Under the pieces are notes generated by a model that searched no databases, was not told the origin of the DNA, and saw only the letters and a program-made list of their open reading frames with translations. Made by a program: the position numbers and the translations under genes. From Octopus sinensis (taxonomy: Eukaryota): DNA of 64,000 nt. Of the stretch, positions 14,000 to 25,280 are shown piece after piece. Numbering within the stretch: position 1 is the stretch's first letter; each line of letters starts with the position of its first letter. The stretch is from the NCBI RefSeq assembly GCF_006345805.1, contig NC_043000.1, forward strand, positions 71,052,001-71,116,000, in the 5' to 3' direction.

Positions 14000-14759
14000 C
14001 ACACACAAATAAAATCAAAATAAGCAACAGAATATCCAGAGATGATGCAGTATGACCATTTCAAGCACCTCCATTTAATTGAACAATGCAATCATTACAT
14101 CAGTTTAAATGCAGAGCTATCCTCAGCTGCATAAATAATTGAAGAGAATTATTTTAATAAGTCAAACACATTTGTATAATTTTACTTAAATCCTCTAAGA
14201 GGATAAGAAGACAGACAAAGTCTATGCTGTTTTCACTTCAGCTTAAAAGCTACTAAGACATCAGGAAAAACAAATTTGTTAGAGTTCTAGCTTGTACCTG
14301 ATTTTTGGTTCGCCTTTAATTTATATCTTGTTTATCAAATCTTTGTATATCAAAATCTAAGACTGTAGAGCAGTGTCTGCTACGAAAGGGCATGACGGAG
14401 TTGACAGAATCATAGTGGGTATAGTCATAAAACTTGTCAAGATTATTTTAAAGTAGTATAAAGTAACTGGCTATAACGAGGTTTGGTAAAGGAAAATCTT
14501 AAATCAAGGTGTTAATTACCAGTTGAAGGGGCAAGACTCTAATAAAATCAATGATGATAATACAGGGCAAATTTTTATCATGTGTACTATAGTTGAATGA
14601 TTTAAACAATATTGTTATATTGTATAAAGATAAAATTTAGGGTTATCAAGAAAAAATATTAAGAAAATATTATAACCAAAAGGATAAACTTTTGAATAAT
14701 TTTGAGTATATACCAAAATTTACAACAATAGAGAAAGAAAAAAAACTTAGAGAGAATTA

Positions 14760-15440
14760 GTTTAATATTTATTCATATACTTAAATATTTACTTATTAGG
14801 TGGTATCTATGAAGATTGATCACTGGCATTTACTGGCATTTAATAAAGGAAAACTGGAGTGATAGAACATGCTAACTATATAATAATTATAATCTAAGAG
14901 GTATATTATAAGTTGTGAAGTTACCGGTGCTGTTATATACAAGCTAATATAAATTCCTAGGTGTACAAAAATTAGGAGTACTTACATAAAGGCTATTATA
15001 AAAATAATAATTTGATCAGCAGGGTAGAGCACCGTAGAAAGGAATAAATAGTTTAATCACTAAAAACCACGATGAAGTATATATATCTTATTATCATCAA
15101 TAAAAAAGAGAAGATTATATAGAATTTATTTAATAATTCAATCATTTAAACTAAATTATTTATTTATTAGTTGGTATCTATAAAGACTGATACCTGGTAT
15201 TTACTAGAGGAATATTGACGCTATAGAACATGCTCTCTATATATTAATTATAAACTGAGAGGTATGATATAAGTTTTAAAAATTTCCAGTGTTAATACAT
15301 ACATGATAATATAGTTTTTTAGGGGTACTTAATTAGGAGGGCCACTTACATAAAGGTCTTTATAAAAATAATAATATGATCAGGAGTTGGAACACTATAG
15401 ACAGGGGTTAATAGATTAATTACTAAAACCATGATGAAGT
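14760..15440. repeat. Old, diverged tandem duplication of a ~365-bp non-microsatellite unit
   Basis: TATTAGGTGGTATCTATGAAGA at 14794 vs TATTAGTTGGTATCTATAAAGA at 15165. Shared blocks ATAGAACATGCT, ACTTACATAAAGG and GATGAAGT (15071/15433). Confidence 0.85.
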
Positions 15441-16399
15441 TAGACTAACAGGAATATTCATAGAACAGTATACTAACTCCATGTAGCACACTAATGGTTA
15501 AAATAATTAGATCCAACTCTAAAAATATTAAAAGTTAGTTTCCATCAATTCAGTTCAAGCACAACACCTATAAAGCACTAGTTTTGAAACTATTTAAATG
15601 TGTAACACTATGTATGCATGATACCCTAAGGTCTAATCTATTATTAATCAGTTTGCTCGTGTCATTGTGCTTAAAAATCTTATATGTTTCCATAGAGCAC
15701 AGCTCACACCTATATTTACTATTTCTATAAGGCTGCGCTTTTCTTATTAATTCCCATTTAAGGGTAAATTCAGTTCTGCTTTTCTTCAGTTCCTAAATTT
15801 TACGAGATAATGATGTACAATTAGCCTTACACACACACACACTCACATGGTCAGATACTATGGATATATTTCTGAGTAAACTTACCTCACGGTGAACTTT
15901 CCTCATGATAAACTTTCCTCACGGTGAGTTGATGGTGGTGAACTTACCTGTAATCCTTCCTAACAATTTTTCCTCAAAAGAACCACTTCCATTCCTCAAT
16001 GTCCCTACCCACATTATTTCCACCAATCACCTCTTTTTTGTGTCTTCAGTCACTGCTTTCTCTTCCCACTGCTATATTCCATTCTAAGCACCTTCCTTAT
16101 CTGCTATCATTCTTAATGAACTCCCATATCTACCATCATGACCCACCTAGTATAGCCCCTTATGTATCTCTGTATCTCTGTCTCCATTGCCACCTACCTC
16201 CATTTTTACCTGTCAAATACTTCCTCTTATTAGTGAAAGCTTTTTATCTCTCCTCTTGCTAGGTAACCCTCTGACTAGGTAACCAAGTACCTCCTTTACA
16301 TCAGCACAACTATTTCTGTCCTCTTTCTTGTACCTCTCTCCCTCTCTAGATCTCTCTCCCTCTTCCTCCCCCGTCTCCCTCTTCCTCTCTTTAACTTCC

Positions 16400-17200
16400 C
16401 TCTCTCTTCCACTTCCTCTCTCTCCCTCTCTAACCTCTCTCTCTCTCTCTCTTTCTCTCTCATTGGGTAACGATGTACCTCCTCAATAGTAAGACACCTA
16501 TTTCTGCATCTTTATTTCTCAGTCACTCTCTAACCTCTCATCATTTGACACTGGATCACCTCCTCCAATGACACCTCGGTTATAGCAAGACACCTGTTTC
16601 TGCCTCTCTGTCTCTCTGTTACAGTCTAACCTTTCATCCTTTGACACAAGTTCCATCCCCAAATGTCGCTGCTCCTCTCAAAATTCCTTGTCTTGCAAGT
16701 TATTTGGTGGCCTTGTTGGTGCTAGTGCCACGTAAAAAGCTTCCAGTCCACACTGTAAAGTGGTTGGCATTTGGAAGGGCATCCAGCTGTAAAAATCATG
16801 CCAAAACTAACCTTGCCATCAGCTAGTGCCATGTAAAAAGCACTGAGTCCACTCTGCAGAGTGGTTGGTGTTAGGAAGGGCATCCAGCTGTAAAAACCAT
16901 GCCAAAACAGATACAGTAGTTGCTAGAATAAGAATAGCCTGGGCAAAGTTCAGAGAGCTCCTACCTCTGCTGGTGACAAAAGGCCTCTCGCTCAGAGTAA
17001 GAGGTAGACTGTATGACGCATGTGTACGAACAGCCATGCTACATGGCAGTGAAACATGGGCCGTGACTGCTGAGGACATGTGTAAGCTTGCAAGTAAAGG
17101 AAGCCAGTATGCTCCGCTGGATGTGTCTTCTACCTGGACAGCTCCTCTCAACTGTCCTACCCATGCATACATGGAAAGAAGATGGTAAATGATGATGATA
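16400..17200 (+). mobile_element. Cluster of RTE fragments (3' UTR pieces, RT C-terminal fragment at 16910-17125, GAT tail)
   Basis: ORF 16865-17188 contains VVARIRIAWAKFRELLPLLVTKGLSLRVRGRLYDACVRTAMLHGSETW, near-identical to the 47-kb RTE. Confidence 0.85.
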
Positions 17201-17594
17201 ATGATAATATATATATAGTGTACTGTTCTGTGAGGGTAAGATCAACAAAAAAGTAATCCACCTGGTGAATGATAAATATTATTTAATAAACACAGCATAC
17301 ATTTTTCATGAGCTACTAATAGATTCATGTGGTGAAAACAACTCAGACAGCATTTTACATGTCTGGTCGCTTCACACAAACCACAGGCACTGCCCACATG
17401 GCATAGCAAGCTATAATAGAACAATAGAAGAAGAGAAAATGTGAGAAAAGGTAAGAAGAAAGTAGATGCAAAAGGTGAAAGGTTGAAAACACTGGAAAAC
17501 GAAAAGGAAAAAATAAAAAAGAAAAAAGGGGAAAGAACTAGAGTTACGTCCCCTTGACCCTAACGTCAGCTGCTCAATTCGGAGAGGGTAGTAC

Positions 17595-17969
17595 TTACCA
17601 ATTCGCCAACAGGAACTTACCCAGATATTTACAGCTGCTGAAAACTTCAGATCTAGAATTCAGTAGTGCAGTGGAGTTCTTAGATCTGAAACCGATCTGT
17701 GATCTTTCAGCTATGCATAGCTTACATTTTTTTGTTCCAATGACATATGGTGCAGACTTTTCAGCTATTCTTCACTTGATCGTAAGTGGTGTGGTGTTAG
17801 ACTTCAAACCCTATATGTGGCTAGTGAATTTAGTAGCTTTACTTTTGTCCCTATATCAGAAGGAAGATATGTGTTTAGCATAACGATTTTTGAAGTAGCC
17901 TTTATTTAGCCTAATGTATCTGTTCTTTTCAGTTATTTTATCATCCAGTGTTGCTGTAACTTCTGCCTT
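17595..17969 (-). pseudogene. Penelope-like element GIY-YIG endonuclease C-terminal remnant (not in the ORF track)
   Basis: Hand translation KAEVT...RYIRLNKGYFKNRYAKHISSF*YRDKSKATKFTSHI*GLKSNTTPLTIK*RIAEKSAPYVIGTKKCKLCIAERSQI...LLNSRSEVFSSCKYLGKFLLANW* matches the PLE C-terminus pattern (YIG...FKxRYxxH...WxI...CxLC...LLNxRSE). Confidence 0.8.
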
Positions 17970-17979
17970 GTCATCATCA

Positions 17980-19712
17980 TTAGCATCATCATCATCATTA
18001 TCATCATTTAATGTCTGCTTTCCATGCTGGCATGAATTGGACAGTTTGACTGGGGACAGCTGTCCTCATCCATGCACACCACATGACCATACCAGCACAA
18101 TAGTCTCTCTTGCTCACCACATTCGATGCTTCTTAGGTCAAACTTTTCTCTCAAGGTGCTTACACTCTGTTATGTATGCATACTGACGTTACACATCCAA
18201 CAGAGCATACTGGCTTCATTCCTTGCAAGCTTACGCATGTCCTCAGCAGTCACGGCCCATGTTTCACTGCCATGTAACATAGCTGTTCATACGCATGCGT
18301 CATACAGTCTACCTTTTACTCTGAGTGAGAGGCCTTTGTCACCAGCAGAAGTAAGAGCTCTCTGAACTTTGCCCAGTCTATTGTTATTCTAGCAGCTACA
18401 CTTTTAGAGCATCCACCCCACGCTACTGACTTGGTCACCTAGGTAATGGAAGCTATCAACTACTTCAATTTTTTCTCCCTGGGATATGACAGAAGTTGTT
18501 CTCTGCATATTTCCAGTGTTTATTGCTCCTGAGCATCTGCCAAATACAAAAACTATCTTTCCAGTTAGCCTTCCTTTGATATTGCTGCACCTCTTATGTG
18601 TCCATAGCTTACACTGTGTATATCTTATAGAGTTTCTACCTACACGTTTTCTACAGATCAAGGAGGGCCATCTTCCTGAAGGGATTTGTGGTTTGTCTGC
18701 CTTCCTACTTATTAAGACTTTGGTTTTAGCTAGGTTGACTCTAAGGCTCTTTGATTCTAATCTTTGCTTCCACACCTAAAACATCTCTAGTTCTGATAGT
18801 GACTCAGCCATTAGAGCAAGGTCACCAGCATGGAGGAGCTCTCAGGAGCATCCTGTCATTAATTCCTCTGTTATTGCCTGGAGGACTATGATAAATAGAA
18901 GGGGCTGAGGACTGAACCATGGTGGACCCCTACCTCTACCCAGAATTCCTCACTGTATTCGTTGCCAACCCTCATCTTACTGACAGCATTCCTGTACATG
19001 GTTTGCACAGCTCTCATTAACATTCGTCTATCCCTAGTTTCCTCATTGACCACCAGATAAGGGATTGGGGACTCTGTCAAAAGTTTTCTTCATGTCAACG
19101 AAATCCAGGTACAGGGGTTTATCTTTGGCTAGGTATTTCTTCTGCAGCTGTCTTACGAGAAATATAGCATCAGTGGTGCTTTTCCCTGGCACAAACCCAA
19201 TCTGCATCTCATCTGTACCGACCCTCTCCCTAATTAGTTGGGCTACAACCCTCTCCATGATTTTCATTACCTGATCCAACAGCTTGATACCTCTATAATT
19301 ATTTGTATCTAAAGTGTCACCTTTACCTTTGTAGCAGTTGACTATGGTGCTGCGACATCAGTCGTTGGGTATGACTCCTTCATGTATCACCTGGTTGACT
19401 AGGCTATGGCTGACACTGCCAGATATTTTGAGCATCTCTGTGGTGATTCCTAATGGGCAGGGGGCTTTCCTTGTCTTCATACCCTTAATTGCTTTATCTA
19501 TAAAGGCACTGTCACTTCAAATAGCTGGTCCCTCTGTTGGGTTGGCATTTGGCAGGCTCTCTTTCTCCCATTCATTCTCTTTATTTAGCAACCTTTCATA
19601 GTGGCGTCTCCATATCTCTCTTATTGCAGCCTCATTTAAGGCAAGTAAACCATTATCCATGTGGACACATTTCTCTCCTATGACATCATGATTCTCTCTC
19701 ACAAACTTGCAG
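17980..19712 (-). mobile_element. 5'-truncated RTE LINE (RT domain), frameshifted, with an internal deletion joining the ORF to the tail
   Basis: ORFs 19517-19702, 19043-19279 (QIGFVPGKSTTDAIFLVRQLQKKYL), 18886-19080 (VGVHHGSVLSP) and 18404-18775 (RVNLAKTKVLI); (CAT)n tail near 17985. Confidence 0.92.
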
Positions 19713-19779
19713 CACGAAATACGTCAAGTCTTTGGTCCTCATGGCACAGAACATTGGCAAATGTTTTCCTCATATATGA

Positions 19780-19826
<47 letters not shown>

Positions 19827-19848
19827 ATATATATATATATAATATATA

Positions 19849-19896
<48 letters not shown>

Positions 19897-19900
<4 letters not shown>

Positions 19901-21915
19901 GAAAGAAAAAAGATGTTCAGAATGCTGGATGGTTGTAAAAATATATATTTATTTACATATCACATATTATTACTTCATATCCATTCTTCACTTGGCACTC
20001 CTTTGGGTTTCTAAAAGAACAGGTGGTTGACCATTGAATGTTTGATATACATTATACATATATATATATACACCTAAACACATATCAATATGTGTACACA
20101 CACACACACTCATCACCAAAGCCACACTGGAGGAAAACACATTTAAATTTAACCACAAAACATATAAACAAATAAAGGGCACAGCTATGGGTATGCGCTT
20201 TGCACCTTCATATGCTAACCTAGTCATGGGGTTCCTGGAGGAAAAACTCTACAAAGAAGTAGAAAAAACCTTTGACCAGGAATTCAAGATATACATCATG
20301 AAACAATGGAAACGATTTCTTGATGATTGCTTCATCTTTTGGGAAAAATCAGACATGGACCTAAACACCTTTAAAGAGATATTGAACAAATTGCACCCAA
20401 CCATACAATTTACCACAGAATCCAACTTTAATGAATTACCATTCCTGGACATTCTCATAAAAATAAAAAATTGCAGAGTAACTACAGACATTTATTACAA
20501 AAAAACAGACACACATCAACTTTGACTCTTGCCACCCATCACATATTAAAAGAAATATACCCTACTGCATGGCAAGACGCATATGCACTATAGTAACAGA
20601 CACTGCAACACGAAAAACAAGACTCAACGAACTCCAGGACTTCCTCGAAATACAAAAATACCCTTCAGGTTTGATAAAGGAAGGTTTTAAAAAGGCATTG
20701 AAACTCAACATCACCGAATTAAGAACACCAAAAGAAAAAAACCAATAAACAGACAATACCATTCGTCTCTACACACAGTCCTGGCATAACAAATATTTTC
20801 TAGGCTATAAAATCAAACTTGCCCATCCTTCTACAAAGCCCTAAAATGAGGAATCTGATGAACAAAAAAATCCTACTCAACAGCAAACGCCAACCGAAAA
20901 ACCTTAAAAAACACCTTACAAGGGCAGAATTCAGATCGGAGAAGGGACCAGAATTCTCAGTAACAGAATGTGGAGACAAAAGATGTGGAACATGCAACAA
21001 CGAGAATAATTATAAATACCTACAATGTGGTTCCCACTTAAAATTCAAAAATGGCTCTCTCTTTAAGATCAATGCTAATATGACTTGCAAAACGCAAAAC
21101 CTCATATATTGCATTACTTGCCCAAACTGCAAGGAAAACTATATTGGTGAAACGAACAACTCTCTCTGCCAACGCACCAGAATACATAGGCAGCATATAA
21201 AACAGGAAGAGTTATGCAAGATACCATTAAGCAAACACCTAGAATTATGCGGAGATGGAAAATTTAAAATTATTCCATTCTACAAATGCTCACGGAATGA
21301 CCCGGAATACCGTAAAGCTATAGAACGGCATTTCATAGAAAAATTTAGCCCAAAATTGAACGGCTAAAAAAAGTAAAAGGAGTAAAAAAAATCAGTGATG
21401 ATGTGATACACACAAAAAAGGAAAAAAACCTCTTTCTATATCTTTATATACAAATGAAAGAATTCTCCCTTTTCTTTTTTTATATATACAATTATGCATC
21501 TTAATCTTCTGACTATGTATGTATGTGATTATAAATGCTTATATGCATATGGACGTGTATATATGTGTACAGACAAGTTTGATATTTTTTATATATATTT
21601 TATATATATATGTTGATATATGTGGTAGTATATATATGTATGTATGCAAGTATATGTATGTGTATGCATATATTTGTGGTTCTATATGTGGATATGCTTG
21701 TGTGTGTGTGTGTGTGTGTATGTATGTACACATATTGATATGTGTTTAGGTGTATATATATGTATATCAAACATTGAATGGTCAACCACCTGTTCTTTTA
21801 GAAACCCAAGGGAGTTCCAAGTGAAGAATGGATATGAAGTAATAATATGTGATATGTAAATAAATATATATTTTTACAACCATCCAGCATTCTGAACATC
21901 TTTTTTCTTTCATAT
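19897..21915 (+). mobile_element. 5'-truncated Penelope-like retroelement bracketed by ~200-bp inverted repeats
   Basis: RT and GIY-YIG coding at 20109-21367; 19897-20096 is the reverse complement of 21726-21915. Confidence 0.85.
20109..21367 (+). pseudogene. Penelope-like RT (C-terminal half) + GIY-YIG endonuclease, frameshifted
   Basis: YKQIKGTAMGMRFAPSYANLVMG, WKRFLDDCF, LPFLDI, YYKKTDT, DSCHPSHIKRNIPY; Zn knuckle CGDKRCGTC; LIYCITCPNCKENYIGET...RxxxH. Confidence 0.92.
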
Positions 21916-21948
21916 GTATTAAATCTGTACATCACCCCCAATACTTCT

Positions 21949-21984
<36 letters not shown>

Positions 21985-21985
<1 letters not shown>

Positions 21986-23095
21986 TCATCATCATCATCA
22001 TCACCACTTAACATCCGTTTTCCATGCTAGCATGGCTTGGACGGTTCAACCGGGGTCTGGTAAGCCATGGAGGCTGCACCAGGCTCCAGTCTGGTTTGGC
22101 AGTGTTTCTATAGCTGGATACCCTTCCTAACGCCAACCACTCCATGAACGTAGTGTGTGTTTTTTACGTGCCTCCGGCACAGGGGCCAGAGGAGGCTGGC
22201 AAACGGCCACGATCGGTTGGTGCTTTTACGTGTCACCGACACGGACACCAGTCAGGTGGCACTGGCATCTGCTACATTCAGATGGTGCTTTTTACGTGTC
22301 ACCGGCACGGGTATCTTAACTACAATTTCCATTTGATTTTTATTTTGATGTTGGTGTTGACGTACTTGACTTAATAGGTCTCCTCAAGAACAGTGGGTCA
22401 CTCTACAATCCAAGGTTAGCACAGTAGGCCGTCCTACGAGCCATGAACTCACTTCATTTGTCGGGTCTTCACAGTCACAGCATATCTCAGGGGTCTCAGT
22501 CTTCGTCATTTCCTCTGTGAGGCCCTACGTGCCACTGGCACGGGTATCACAACTGCAATATCCATATGATTTTTATTTTGATGTTGATGAACTTGACATA
22601 ATAGGTCTCCTCAAGCACAGTAGGCCATCCTGCAAGCCATGAACTCACTTCATTTGTTGGGGCTTTGAAGTCACAGCATATCTCAAGAGGTATCGGTCTT
22701 TCGTCATAGCCTCTGTGAGGCTAAACGTACAAAGGTCATGCTTGACCACCTCGTCCCATGTGTTCCTGGGTCTACCTCTACCCCGGATTCCTTCAACAGT
22801 TTGGGAGTGGCACTTCTTAACACATCTCTCCTCATCCATCCATAGTACATGACCATACGAATGCAATTGTCTCTCCTGCACACTGCATCTGATGCTTCTA
22901 ATGCCCAACATTTCTCTCAGGGCACTTACACTCTGTCGTGCATGGACACTGACATTACACATCCAGCGGATCATGCTAGCTTCATTTCTTTTGAGCCTAT
23001 GCATGTCCTCCGCAGTCACAGCCCATGTTTCAATGCCGTGAAGCATGGCAGTTCGCACACGTGTCGTACTATCTACCTTTTACTCTGAGTGAGAG
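21985..23095 (-). mobile_element. Two stacked RTE 3' fragments (one truncated copy abutting the 3' end of another)
   Basis: ORF 22645-23058 (TAMLHGIETW...RGRGRPRNTWDEVVKHDL). The ORF-end/3'UTR block occurs twice in diverged form (~22320-22525 and ~22535-22720). (CAT)n tail at 21985. Confidence 0.88.
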
Positions 23096-23435
23096 ACCCT
23101 TTGTTGCCAGTTTGTTTACTATTTCCTGTGACTATACGAAGATTCCCTATTATATACTCAACTTACATTAGTCATCACAAAAACGGTCATGGTTCTTTTT
23201 CAATAACCCTGATAATTCTATCATCATCACCATCATTGCATATTGCATTTATGATTGCTTTCCATTCCATGCTACTATAGATTTGTTAATAAGGTTATTT
23301 TTTAAACATTTTGTAGCTTACTCTCTTACCAGAAAGTAAACATTTTTGTCCATAACTATGATAAATAATTCATTTTAAATATTTAGGAGTGCATATACAT
23401 ACACAGACATGTGTATGTGTGTGTGTGTGTGTGTA

Positions 23436-23640
23436 CATGAGAGGGTGTTGAAAAGTTCTGAACTTTAATGGTATCCCGAAAAGGCTTGTTGGGGCCCAAC
23501 CTTCCAAGTTCTTTTACATGGCTTAAAAAAGATGAATGACCACTGCAATAAGTGTGAATCTGAGAGAGAAATACATTGAATAAAATCATAATTAACTGAT
23601 CCTCTTGTCTTTTCTTTTACCCAATGTCAGGATAACTTGA
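23436..23640. mobile_element. Decayed mariner-type MITE
   Basis: TA|CATGAGAGGGTGTTGAAAAGTTC left end resembles mariner TIRs; the right end is degenerate. Confidence 0.5.
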
Positions 23641-24221
23641 TGTAATCACTAAAATCTCTACAGCTTAACTTGACATTGTAGCGAGCGTTGCTATGGCTAA
23701 ATGATAATAAAAGGAACAGAGCAGAGTAACTTCCCCTCATTCTGTTTTCAGTAGTTGGCACTTTGATGGTACTGTACTCCCAGCAGTCTTTGCAACATAG
23801 CATTTCCACTGGAAAGATATATAAACTCTAGATGGACATTTAGTCTCTCTTATCTTATTCGGTGCGACTCTTGCTGGACTGAGCTCTTGATTCCTGGCTC
23901 TCAGAGTGGTTGGCTTGCTTTGCTCTTAGCCATTACAGCTGCCTCATTATGTAGCTGGCGCATTCCTTACTCTCTTTTGTTCCAGCACAAATCACATAAG
24001 ATGAACTTTTAGCCATTAATGACAACTGTCTTATTCTCCAGCCAACTATCGACCAACTAATTTTCACTAGCTATAAAACAACCACGTTTGTATACCTTTT
24101 ACTATTTCACATGCACTTTTTGTAAAAGTACAGTTATATATTTGTCACACCAACATACACGCAGCTTAACACAACACAAACAAGAAAACCAGACTCATGC
24201 TTGACTCCTCTCTAAAACATC

Positions 24222-24459
24222 TGTGGTGTCGGTGGAGAGAACGACAGATAGGGGAGGGCGGAAGTAGGGCTTGCAGGGCGCATGCGCAGCAGGAAGCGGC
24301 GAGGGACGACGCACGTGTGGCATCAATGAAGCGGGGCAGTGGGAGCTGAGACGCGGAAGCAACTGGATGCTGCGTTTGGTAGACTAATCTTCGCCGAGGT
24401 AAGACCTAATTATATTTCCTTTCTCCTTTTCTGTTGTCCTCTTCATCATTCACACTACA
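24222..24459 (+). repeat. 5' LTR (238 bp)
   Basis: Termini TGTGGTGT...ACACTACA form a 7/8 inverted match; homologous to 28183-28426. Confidence 0.92.
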
Positions 24460-24512
24460 AGCTATTTTGGCATATAAACAAAAACAATTCTCACACGGTT
24501 TTATAAATAAAA

Positions 24513-25274
24513 ATGATGATGAGTGCCCGTATTTCGCACGAAATTATAAAACCGTTTTGCGGCGACACGGATGTAGTCACTTGGCTGAAGAAAGTGAAGT
24601 TGGTGGCAAAGCTCCATGGTATAGGTGACCTGGCGAGCTTCATGCCGCTGTACTTGGATGGTCCGGCGTTGGCGTTGTATTTAGAGATGGAAGAGACAGA
24701 CCAACTCAGCGTGGAGAAAGTGGAAGTCCGGTTGATGGAGGCCTTTGCGGAGGGAATGTTCAAGGCATATGCTTGCCTGGGTAGAACAAGATGGACTGGG
24801 CAACAGGTGGACGTGTTTGCCAATGAACTTAGGAGATTGGCTAAACTGGTGGGTTACGAGGGAGAGTCGCTGGACCGGACGGTTAGGTTGGCGTTCGTGA
24901 CTGGCTTTCCCGACAACATGTTGGTCGAGCTACAGCAGCTTCCGAATGTGCATTCAATGCCGATGGCGGACATCATATCTCGGGCAGGCATACTAGTTTC
25001 GTGCAGCAGGATGACGTCGGTAGCAGCGATTGCAACATCAAAAAGTGGCCCAGCTAGGAGCAGCGGAGAGGGGCTAAAGAAAGAACATGTGCGACTGTTC
25101 AAAGGACAGTGTTTCCGGTGCCAAGGTCCACACATGGTGCGTGACTGCGTGTCACCCAAGCCTGAGGTGATTTGCTACCGGTGTTGAGAGCCGGGGCATA
25201 TAGCCAGCAAGTGTCTGCGGGGAAACGGACTGCGGGAGACTACTGCGCCGGTAGTTGTCCCTTCGGATCAGTAG
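24513..25274 (+). pseudogene. gag: Gag with two zinc knuckles (CX2CX3HX4C, then CX2CX4HX4C); premature TGA at 25185-87; natural stop at 25272-74
   Basis: CFRCQGPHMVRDC and CYRC*EPGHIASKC; the frame continues to ...VVPSDQ*. Confidence 0.92.
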
Positions 25275-25280
25275 AGGCGC
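25220..25280 (+). promoter_or_regulatory. -1 programmed ribosomal frameshift signal (slippery heptamer + predicted H-type pseudoknot)
   Basis: G GGA AAC at 25220-26 in the gag frame, with the protease in the -1 frame. 7-nt spacer; stem 1 25234-43/25251-61; stem 2 GCGCC 25245-49/GGCGC 25276-80. Confidence 0.8.

Noticed and set aside
14250-15650. NUMT or alternative-genetic-code ORF
   Set aside because: Stop density in the frames I read is about that expected for random AT-rich DNA, and no mitochondrial gene or rRNA motif was recognised.
17590-17625. Two strong minus-strand splice donors (GGTAAGT) suggesting a host exon
   Set aside because: They coincide with the last codons of the Penelope GIY-YIG remnant.
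23685-23698. RFX X-box-like GTTGCTATGGCTAA
   Set aside because: An isolated imperfect match with no supporting promoter context.
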